Below, piece after piece: positions 9,490 through 15,916 of a DNA stretch of 64,000 nucleotides. The translations under genes and the position numbers were made by a program. This stretch comes from an uncultured virus (IMG/VR IMGVR_UViG_3300009169_000018). Its lineage: Duplodnaviria > Heunggongvirae > Uroviricota > Caudoviricetes. The notes beneath the pieces are model-generated. The model was not told the DNA's origin and searched no databases. It saw only the letters and a program-made list of their open reading frames with translations. The DNA lies in the IMG/VR virus record IMGVR_UViG_3300009169_000018, positions 1 through 64,000 of that record. One strand, given 5' to 3'. Within the stretch, counting starts at the first letter, position 1; every line of letters begins with the position of its first letter.

Positions 9490-9584
9490 GTTCCTGTAGT
9501 TTAACGGTAGAACACCACCCTTATAAAGTGGCATTGTCGCCAGATTAGCGAACGGTCTAGGTTCGAATCCTAGCAGGAACACCA
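9490..9584 (+). tRNA. tRNA with TAT anticodon (Ile) and long variable arm
   Basis: Loop CTTATAA; ~25 nt variable region; CCA. Confidence 0.8.
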
Positions 9585-9592
9585 GTAGATTT

Positions 9593-9669
9593 CGGAGTGT
9601 AGCTCAGTCTGGTAGAGCACTGCGTTTGGGGCGCAGGTGTCCAAAGTTCGAATCTTTGTACTCCGACCA
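9593..9669 (+). tRNA. tRNA-Pro(TGG)
   Basis: Cloverleaf, CCA. Confidence 0.9.
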
Positions 9670-9675
9670 ATTTTT

Positions 9676-9754
9676 GCGAGTGTAGCAGAATCGGCATATG
9701 CGGGACACTTAAAACGTCCGTCACTTGTGGGTTCGACTCCCACTACTCGCACCA
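9676..9754 (+). tRNA. tRNA-Leu(TAA), short variable region
   Basis: Cloverleaf, CCA. Confidence 0.85.
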
Positions 9755-9974
9755 GAACTTGCGCGAACGCTAGGGATGACAACCCAAGGTCTTGCTCGTC
9801 ACAAGACTGTTAGTAACGCAACGTATAAAGCGGAGCGCGGAAATCGCGTTCGCAAACAGAATGATAGAGCCACCGGTAAAACTCCGGTCCTTGATAGACT
9901 AGCAAGCTACAAGGTAGTTCAAGAGGTCAACGCTTCGCAGCAAAGACCGCGACAGAACACTATCGCATATTTAC

Positions 9975-10048
9975 GCGGGGTTGGCATAATGGTTGTGTCC
10001 AAGTCTTCCAAACTTGTTACGCGGGTTCGATTCCCGCACTCCGCTCCA
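9975..10048 (+). tRNA. tRNA-Gly(TCC)
   Basis: Cloverleaf, TCCA end. Confidence 0.9.
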
Positions 10049-10052
10049 ATTC

Positions 10053-10128
10053 GCCCTTATAGCATAACGGAAAGTGCGTCGGGTTTCTACCCCGTTCGGT
10101 GTGGGTTCGATTCCTACTGAGGGCACCA
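10053..10128 (+). tRNA. tRNA-Arg(TCT)
   Basis: Cloverleaf, CCA. Confidence 0.9.
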
Positions 10129-10138
10129 ATTATTCAAT

Positions 10139-10215
10139 GCGCCTGTGACGGAACTGGCATACGTGTTAGTCTTAGAAGCTAAATTTTGTGGGTTCGACTC
10201 CCACCGGGCGCACCA
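10139..10215 (+). tRNA. tRNA-Leu(TAG), short variable region
   Basis: Cloverleaf, CCA. Confidence 0.9.
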
Positions 10216-10222
10216 ATTTCAT

Positions 10223-10296
10223 GTGGGATAAGTGTTACGGTAGCACAATAGTCTCCAAAACTACTAGCGGGGGTTCGACTCCCTCATCCCACGCCA
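10223..10296 (+). tRNA. tRNA-Trp(CCA)
   Basis: Cloverleaf, CCA. Confidence 0.9.
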
Positions 10297-10301
10297 ACAT
10301 C

Positions 10302-10377
10302 GGGTCCATGACGTAACGGCTAGCGTATCGGGCTTTTACCCCGTAAAGTCAGAGTTCGAATCTCTGTGGACCCACCA
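10302..10377 (+). tRNA. tRNA-Lys(TTT)
   Basis: Cloverleaf, CCA. Confidence 0.9.
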
Positions 10378-10556
10378 AAAAAGGTAGCTCGTAGCTTCCT
10401 AGAGAGTTAGTGCCGCTGCCGGTGCGAGTAGTTAGCCAACACTACTGCGCAGCAGAGAACGGTACTAACGATCTTCAATAGCGCGATAGATAGCTTCGCG
10501 GGTGTTAGCGGGTATGGTAGGAAATGACCGTATCAAAAACCCGCCGCGAATTCAAT

Positions 10557-10631
10557 GCCGGTGTCTTCTAATGGCTAGGAACGTCAGCCGATTACTGACT
10601 AATGGGGGTTCGATTCCTCTCACCGGTACCA
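10557..10631 (+). tRNA. tRNA-Ile(GAT)
   Basis: Cloverleaf; atypical loop CCGATTA; CCA. Confidence 0.8.
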
Positions 10632-10636
10632 ACTTT

Positions 10637-10711
10637 GCCCTTGTATTTCAACGGACAGAATACGACGCTACGAACGTCATGATGGGGGTTCGATTCCCTC
10701 CGAGGGTACCA
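10637..10711 (+). tRNA. tRNA-Arg(ACG)
   Basis: Cloverleaf, CCA. Confidence 0.9.
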
Positions 10712-10716
10712 ACTTT

Positions 10717-10791
10717 GTCTCTATAGTGTAATGGATAACACGCAACTCTCCGAAGGTTGTAATTCAGGCTCGACTCCTGATAGGGACACCA
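10717..10791 (+). tRNA. tRNA-Arg(CCG)
   Basis: Cloverleaf, CCA. Confidence 0.85.
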
Positions 10792-10835
10792 AACACAATG
10801 CCGCAAAAATGGGGAAACCTGTTGCGTGGCTCTCC

Positions 10836-10910
10836 GGTGATATCGTACAACGGCTAGTACAGGAGTCTCATAAGCTCTTAATGATGGTTCGATTCCATCT
10901 TTCACCACCA
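10836..10910 (+). tRNA. tRNA with CAT anticodon (Met or Ile2)
   Basis: Cloverleaf, CCA; not initiator-type. Confidence 0.85.
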
Positions 10911-10917
10911 ATTCAAT

Positions 10918-10992
10918 GCCGTCATAGTATAATGGCGATTACGTCTGTCTTGTAAGCAGACTATCTCAGTTCGATTCTGAGTGACGGCTCCA
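10918..10992 (+). tRNA. tRNA-Thr(TGT)
   Basis: Cloverleaf, CCA. Confidence 0.9.
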
Positions 10993-10997
10993 AATAT

Positions 10998-11073
10998 GTA
11001 AGCGTGGCAGACCGGCAGATGCATCGGATTGCAAACCCGATTTAAGCGAGTTCAATTCTCGCCGCTTACTCCA
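10998..11073 (+). tRNA. tRNA-Cys(GCA)
   Basis: Cloverleaf, U73, CCA. Confidence 0.9.
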
Positions 11074-11079
11074 AACAAT

Positions 11080-11153
11080 GCCCGATTCGTAAAATGGTAT
11101 TACCTCGCTTTTACACGGCGAAGTCGGCAGTTCGATCCTGTCATCGGGTACCA
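11080..11153 (+). tRNA. tRNA-Val(TAC)
   Basis: Cloverleaf, CCA. Confidence 0.9.
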
Positions 11154-11162
11154 ACAAACAAT

Positions 11163-11238
11163 AGCGAAAGAGTGAAACGGTTTACATTCTAGCCTCATAA
11201 GCTAGAGACATTGGGTTCGACTCCCATGATCGCTACCA
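11163..11238 (+). tRNA. tRNA with CAT anticodon (Met or Ile2), imperfect acceptor stem
   Basis: Cloverleaf, CCA. Confidence 0.75.
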
Positions 11239-11243
11239 ACAAC

Positions 11244-11317
11244 GTCCGATTAGCTTAAAAGTGAAGCACAGACCTGATAAGTCTGAGAAGTAGGAGCATT
11301 ACCTACATTGGACACCA
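11244..11317 (+). tRNA. tRNA-Ile(GAT), non-canonical T-loop
   Basis: All stems pair; T-loop AGCATTA; CCA. Confidence 0.8.
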
Positions 11318-11403
11318 ACTACATTCAGCGCACGAAAAGGTAAGTAGTGCGGTCTTGCGTCAACAAGGCGAGTTGTATCTTGACGGATATGATGACTGCG
11401 TGC

Positions 11404-11478
11404 GCCGCCATAGTATAACGGTTATTACAAGGTCTTGGTAAGACTTGAATCACAGTTCGATTCTGTGTGGTGGCACCA
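11404..11478 (+). tRNA. tRNA-Thr(GGT)
   Basis: Cloverleaf, CCA. Confidence 0.9.
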
Positions 11479-11561
11479 ATTCAATTCAGCACTCGTTCAT
11501 TTTCGCGAATGTTCGAAGCTACTGTGAAAGTCAGTCGTCGGTAGCGCGATAGCTACGCCAT

Positions 11562-11635
11562 GCGGGTATGATGTATTGGTTGCCTAGAACTTTGCCAAAG
11601 TTCATGAACGGGTTCGATTCCCGTTACCCGCTCCA
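11562..11635 (+). tRNA. tRNA-Gly(GCC)
   Basis: Cloverleaf, TCCA end. Confidence 0.9.
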
Positions 11636-11637
11636 AT

Positions 11638-12252
11638 TCAACACGGATCGTATCTGTAATCCAAGCGATACAGGTCTTCGATCCCGCGTCTTAGATCGTC
11701 GGTAACAACGAGGTCTGTTATGAAGTTCGGCTTCTCGTTCTCAACGGGAATGTCGATTGCCGTATCACCACCGAAGATGCCGATAAGTCTTCTGGCTTCC
11801 GATTCGAAGTCATGATAGTTGAGTACGTTCATGTTCGGATGGTCAAACCATGCGGACTGCGGCTTGAAGCCGAGAATGTTAGTGCGGTTGATCCGCTCCA
11901 ACAAATCCACCGGCTGACGATTGATCTTCTCTCTTAGGTGTTGCGGCAGCGCGTTGAATGACTCTTCATCCAATGGCTCTGGCATGACGACACCAGAGAA
12001 GTCTTCCGGAAAAAGTTTGAACAGGACGGTTCGATACGTGCGCAGAAAGTTGTACGTGGATACGAAACGTTCTACAGGGTCGCGCCAGAAAGCGTAACCC
12101 GTCAGTGCTAAATACGCGGGACTTGGAGTGTCATGAATGTGAACAGCAACATTCGTCCCAAGCGGTCTTAGCAGATTTCGAATGGTAGTCGAACCAGTCT
12201 TCGGCACCAGATAGAAAATGTATTTGTTATCGTGACTGACGATCATACTCAT
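11638..12252 (-). CDS. sulfotransferase family protein
   Basis: PAPS-binding motifs PKTGSTT and RDPVERFVS. Confidence 0.8.
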   Translation of the reverse strand: MSMIVSHDNKYIFYLVPKTGSTTIRNLLRPLGTNVAVHIHDTPSPAYLALTGYAFWRDPVERFVSTYNFLRTYRTVLFKLFPEDFSGVVMPEPLDEESFNALPQHLREKINRQPVDLLERINRTNILGFKPQSAWFDHPNMNVLNYHDFESEARRLIGIFGGDTAIDIPVENEKPNFITDLVVTDDLRRGIEDLYRLDYRYDPC

Positions 12253-12374
12253 ATTTAGGGGAAGAGAAATGTTCCAAGAAAGAAATAGAGCATACTACCT
12301 AAGACAAGCGCGAGCATGTTTCAAGGCAGGCTTGATCTTTCTGAAACGTTCGGTCTTCCTCCCCAAGAGATAAT

Positions 12375-12450
12375 GTCCTCTAAACTAATCTAGTGAAAGT
12401 GCAAGTTTGAAAAACTTGAGAGGTTGGAGCGTAACCAACAGAGGACACCA
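12375..12450 (+). tRNA. tRNA-Phe(GAA), non-canonical T-loop
   Basis: T-loop AGCGTAA; CCA. Confidence 0.8.
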
Positions 12451-12556
12451 CATTTCCTACGTCACTGAAATTGAACGTAGCGTAATAGAGTCAACAGATG
12501 AAACGACCTCCCTAGTGGTGCACTCAATAGTGCTGAAAAAATCTGTCGAATACAAT

Positions 12557-12633
12557 GCACCGGTCTTCTAACAGGATAGGAAAACAGATTCTCAATCTGT
12601 GCAATGACGGTTCGAATCCGTTCCGGTGCGCCA
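12557..12633 (+). tRNA. tRNA-Glu(CTC)
   Basis: Cloverleaf, CCA. Confidence 0.85.
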
Positions 12634-12708
12634 ACCAATCGTCCCGCGCATAGCTCGACAGCGCATGTGTACACATGGGCAGAATCAACTGCCGGGATGA
12701 CCAGATAA

Positions 12709-12783
12709 CAGGATGTAAGTCAAAAGCAGACGACCTCGCTTGGAACGAGGAGGTAGGTGGAGCGTTACCACCCATCCTGACCA
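12709..12783 (+). tRNA. tRNA-Pro(TGG), non-canonical T-loop
   Basis: T-loop AGCGTTA; CCA. Confidence 0.8.
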
Positions 12784-12926
12784 ACATCTTGCGTACATTT
12801 TCTAGAGGGTGTACGTGAGGACTTGAAAGTAGCCGACTGGCAAATTACGATTCAAGCGTCACGCCCTTTACGATACAGGGCGACTCATTCAGAAAGTAGT
12901 TCATATGGACTACTAAGTAGATCAAT

Positions 12927-13003
12927 GGTGCCGGTAGCATAATGGTTAATGCCCAAGACTGTGAATCTTGAAGATGCGGGTTCGAATCCCGTCCAGCACC
13001 CCA
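12927..13003 (+). tRNA. tRNA-His(GTG)
   Basis: G-1:C73, cloverleaf, CCA. Confidence 0.9.
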
Positions 13004-13022
13004 AACACAAACGGAGTTTCCC

Positions 13023-13202
13023 ATGGCAGCGAAGAACGATGTAACAGGCGATAGCATAAAAACTAAGACCGGCAACTCTAATGCATATGCAAAGGGTTGG
13101 GATCGTATCTTCAAGAAAGGGAAAGCCAAGAAAGGTGAAGAACTAACAGTGTGCGTTGCAAAGCGCGGCGTTGGTAAGTCAACCTTCAACAAGAACAATT
13201 GA
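13023..13202 (+). CDS. 59-aa small basic protein (MAAKNDVTGDSIKTK...GWDRIF)
   Basis: Read by hand; GGAG RBS; below ORF-track cutoff. Confidence 0.65.
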   Translation: MAAKNDVTGDSIKTKTGNSNAYAKGWDRIFKKGKAKKGEELTVCVAKRGVGKSTFNKNN

Positions 13203-13277
13203 CCACATGCGGTACCGGTATCTGCACCTTGTCTTTGAAACAAGATTTTCTAGGTTCGAATCCTAGGTGGTCAGCCA
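13200..13277 (+). tRNA. tRNA-Gln(TTG)
   Basis: U1-A72, G73, CCA. Confidence 0.8.
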
Positions 13278-13409
13278 ATTTCTCTCGCGAGGAAAAACAA
13301 CGAATCGTACTACGTTGTAAAACAAGGGTACGCAACCATGTGCTGAAAGCAGACGGCTAACGTGCTGTCTCTTCCTTCGGGAAGTGGAGTAAGAGTGGTG
13401 GTAGTAAGC

Positions 13410-13486
13410 GATTCTAAGATAGTTCAATCAGGTAGAACAACCTCACGCTAAGAGGGAGACAGAGGTTCAAATCCTCACTAGAATCC
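13410..13486 (+). ncRNA. aberrant tRNA-like element (no CCA)
   Basis: D-arm and GGTTCAAATCC T-arm present; offset acceptor stem; loop ACGCTAA. Confidence 0.55.
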
Positions 13487-13524
13487 GGACGCAGCTTCCA
13501 AGAATGCCAAATGCGTCCAACTTT

Positions 13525-13598
13525 TCTCGGCTCGTCTAACGGCAGGACGCAACACTCTGAATGTTGCTATCGAGGTTCGAATCCTTGGCTGAGAACCA
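13525..13598 (+). tRNA. tRNA-Gln(CTG)
   Basis: Cloverleaf, CCA. Confidence 0.9.
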
Positions 13599-13638
13599 AA
13601 CATACATACTCTTGAGTGACCCTCAAGAGGATTACAAG

Positions 13639-14181
13639 ATGGAACCGATTCAAGTGATGTACGAAGGCGACCTCGCCCCTCTGATTGAGTGGGCTGAGAA
13701 TGGCGACAGGGATCGCGACGGATTAGGCTTCGCGCCTGAACCGTTCTACTCATGGGTGCGCAATCACATGCCGCCCTACTGTCGCGGATTCGTTACGAAC
13801 ACCATCGGGTACATAACGGAGAATGGAATCTTCGACGGTGATTGGGTTAAGGGATATCCACATATCCATACCACAACGATGTTTTGGGAACCCGAGATAT
13901 ACACCATCATCACCTATCTGATCGTACCCGAAGAGGGTGGCGAATTCGCGATGGGTGGATTGGAACGGAACGATCCGTACACTTTGATTCCGGTCAAGCC
14001 GGGATTGTCCATCGGGTGTGATTCAATCACATGGCATGGAGTCAAGCAAGTACGAAAGGGAAAGCGCGTTGCGATAGTGACGGCAGGCTTTCCATCACAA
14101 GAGTACCAGAAGAAATGTCTGGCACTGAGAAACGAGAACAAAGGAAGGTTGCGCGAGAGGCTTATGCGCCCTGTTTGCTAA
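13639..14181 (+). CDS. 2OG-Fe(II) oxygenase-like protein
   Basis: YL...GGEF, WHGV...GKR motifs; GAGGA RBS. Confidence 0.7.
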   Translation: MEPIQVMYEGDLAPLIEWAENGDRDRDGLGFAPEPFYSWVRNHMPPYCRGFVTNTIGYITENGIFDGDWVKGYPHIHTTTMFWEPEIYTIITYLIVPEEGGEFAMGGLERNDPYTLIPVKPGLSIGCDSITWHGVKQVRKGKRVAIVTAGFPSQEYQKKCLALRNENKGRLRERLMRPVC

Positions 14182-14230
14182 ACAGAGGGATGTAACAGTC
14201 ACAGAGGTTCGAATCCTCTACCTTCCGCCA
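14143..14230 (+). tRNA. tRNA-Ser(GCT)
   Basis: Long variable arm, G73, CCA. Confidence 0.9.
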
Positions 14231-14235
14231 AATTT

Positions 14236-14325
14236 GGAAGATTGACCGAGAGGCTTATGGTTCCCGCTTGGAAAGCGGTGAGTGGGGAAACCTACACACA
14301 GGTTCAAATCCTGTATCTTCCGCCA
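14236..14325 (+). tRNA. tRNA-Ser(GGA)
   Basis: Long variable arm, CCA. Confidence 0.9.
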
Positions 14326-14330
14326 CATAT

Positions 14331-14404
14331 GGTTCTGTCGTATAGAAGCAATACACGGCATTGACATTGCTGAAAAGATGGAGCGTTACCATCCAGAACC
14401 ACCA
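14331..14404 (+). tRNA. tRNA-Val(GAC), non-canonical T-loop
   Basis: T-loop AGCGTTA; CCA. Confidence 0.8.
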
Positions 14405-14410
14405 ACTAAA

Positions 14411-14498
14411 GGAAGGTTGGCAGAGAGGCTAATTGCCGCTGTTTCGAAAGCAGATGGGTGTAAAAACCACACAGGTTCAAATCCTGTACCTTCCGCCA
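14411..14498 (+). tRNA. tRNA-Ser(CGA)
   Basis: Long variable arm, CCA. Confidence 0.9.
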
Positions 14499-14504
14499 GA
14501 CAAT

Positions 14505-14581
14505 GCGAGTGTGATGTAACTGGCAAACGTGATCGGCTCAAACCCGATTTTTTGTGGGTTCGAATCCCACCACTCGCACCA
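14505..14581 (+). tRNA. tRNA-Leu(CAA), short variable region
   Basis: Cloverleaf, CCA. Confidence 0.9.
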
Positions 14582-14585
14582 ATAC

Positions 14586-14662
14586 GCGCCTATGACGGAA
14601 CAGGCATACGTCTAACGTTGAGAACGTTAGTTTTGTGGGTTCGAATCCCACTAGGCGCACCA
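14586..14662 (+). tRNA. tRNA-Leu(GAG), short variable region
   Basis: Cloverleaf, CCA. Confidence 0.9.
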
Positions 14663-14778
14663 AACATTGAGAGTATGGAAATTACTCAATGAAATTGGAC
14701 TAGGTGAGGATGGAACGTTGCTAGTACGTACACGGAATACCATAACTGTTTAGTCGCCGGAACCATAACCGGAACAAT

Positions 14779-14974
14779 TTACTGAGTCGAGCTAACGCAG
14801 GCAACTGAGGAAGTTCGCGACTCTCGCCAAGGTCGCGTGGGAGGCTAACGCCGTCTAACCACCGTGACACAGAGAGCAACACAAACAGAACGTGGGAAAC
14901 CTTGGCTTATACGTTCGGGTTGTGGCAAAGATGAATGTTAGCATAGAACAGAATCGCGGCTACGGACTCAGTAA
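14779..14974 (+). ncRNA. rnpB: minimal RNase P RNA
   Basis: P1 TTACTGAGTC/GACTCAGTAA; CR-I GAGGAAGTTCGCG and CR-V AACAGAATCGCGGCTA forming P4. Confidence 0.8.
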
Positions 14975-14982
14975 TTTCAATA

Positions 14983-15059
14983 GCTGACCCATACGTGTCG
15001 AAAGCTCTTTAGGCAAGACTTGCGGAAGTCGAAATACGCAAGTTAGACGGTGGGTTGGC
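14983..15059 (+). ncRNA. Y-RNA-like small RNA candidate
   Basis: Terminal stem GCTGACCCAT/GTGGGTTGGC with GTCGAAAG opposite TAGAC. Confidence 0.45.
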
Positions 15060-15068
15060 GGTACCTAT

Positions 15069-15145
15069 ACCCTTGTAGTTTCAACGGACAGAACACCCCG
15101 GTCCTAACGGGTCCAATGCAGGTTCGAATCCTGTCGAGGGTACCA
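15069..15145 (+). tRNA. tRNA-Arg(CCT)
   Basis: Cloverleaf, CCA. Confidence 0.9.
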
Positions 15146-15152
15146 CATATTC

Positions 15153-15227
15153 GCTGTCATCGTATAATGGCTATTACGGATGTTTCGTAAGCATCCTATC
15201 TCAGTTCGACTCTGAGTGACAGCACCA
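15153..15227 (+). tRNA. tRNA-Thr(CGT)
   Basis: Cloverleaf, CCA. Confidence 0.9.
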
Positions 15228-15231
15228 GTTT

Positions 15232-15319
15232 GGAAGACTAACTCAACAAGGTTGGGACTCGCCTTGAAAGCGATGGGATGCCTAACGGCATTGGGGCGCG
15301 ATACCTCAGTCTTCCGCCA
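15232..15319 (+). tRNA. tRNA-Ser(TGA), atypical T-loop
   Basis: Long variable arm; T-loop CGCGATA; CCA. Confidence 0.8.
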
Positions 15320-15324
15320 AGTTA

Positions 15325-15386
15325 GGGGAAACTTTCAGCAAATCAAACAAACTTTACCTGTAATAAAGCAAAAGCGTTTCCCGCCA
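15325..15386 (+). ncRNA. stem-CAGCAAA small RNA with anticodon-like hairpin
   Basis: GGGAAAC/GTTTCCC stem, CAGCAAA, CTTTA-CCTGTAA-TAAAG, ends GCCA. Confidence 0.5.
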
Positions 15387-15390
15387 AATT

Positions 15391-15508
15391 AGAAAGCGTA
15401 CAGCAAACCAAAATTCTCTACGAAAGACCTAGACCGGTTCGACTCCGGAATGCTCCACCAATGCGAAGGGGCTTTAGTGTAACGGCAGCACATGAAAAAA
15501 CGCTTTCT
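15391..15508 (+). ncRNA. stem-CAGCAAA RNA enclosing a circularly permuted tRNA
   Basis: AGAAAGCGT/ACGCTTTCT stem; anticodon-like loop, T-arm, 3' acceptor with ACCA, 5' acceptor, D-arm in permuted order. Confidence 0.7.
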
Positions 15509-15554
15509 GTCTTTCCTAAATAGCCCTATAGTTTCGACTTTGAGGGCTATCCCA

Positions 15555-15872
15555 ATGACCACAAAATTCTCTCCCATGACCATCCTAGGGTCTGTCATGT
15601 CGCTCGCGGCATTCGCAAGCCTTGTGATCGGGTTCAATTCCTACTTCATGCCCCGCGCCGAAGCCGACGAAATCATCGGTAAGGTGACACGGCAGCAACA
15701 GGTAGACCGCGTGGAGACTGACCTCACCGTGATCGAACTGGAAATGAAGTTTCTAGAAGAGACTCTGGAAGACGATCCGGACAACGCGAAGGCGCGGAAG
15801 CGTCTGGAATATCTAGAGAAGCGTCTTCTGGTTCTGGAAGAGTACCAGTTAGAGCTACAGAGCGGCGACTAA
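15555..15872 (+). CDS. membrane-anchored coiled-coil protein
   Basis: N-terminal TM, heptad Leu pattern; CTAAATA upstream. Confidence 0.6.
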   Translation: MTTKFSPMTILGSVMSLAAFASLVIGFNSYFMPRAEADEIIGKVTRQQQVDRVETDLTVIELEMKFLEETLEDDPDNAKARKRLEYLEKRLLVLEEYQLELQSGD

Positions 15873-15916
15873 ATACTACACTGATATCAATCTAATTGCC
15901 AAAGGATCCAACCACC

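Noticed and set aside
12634..12705. tRNA-associated HDV-like (theta) or hammerhead ribozymes in spacers
   Set aside because: I could not build the nested double pseudoknot or find the CUGANGA/GAAA core by eye. A descriptor search is needed to exclude them fully.
15430..15492. Second tmRNA
   Set aside because: Ala-like permuted acceptor is present, but it has a true D-arm and no tag reading frame.
8425..15637. ORF-track entries overlapping tRNAs (e.g. 9725-10120, 14282-14692, 12845-13243)
   Set aside because: They are translations of tRNA/ncRNA sequence with no RBS or protein motifs.
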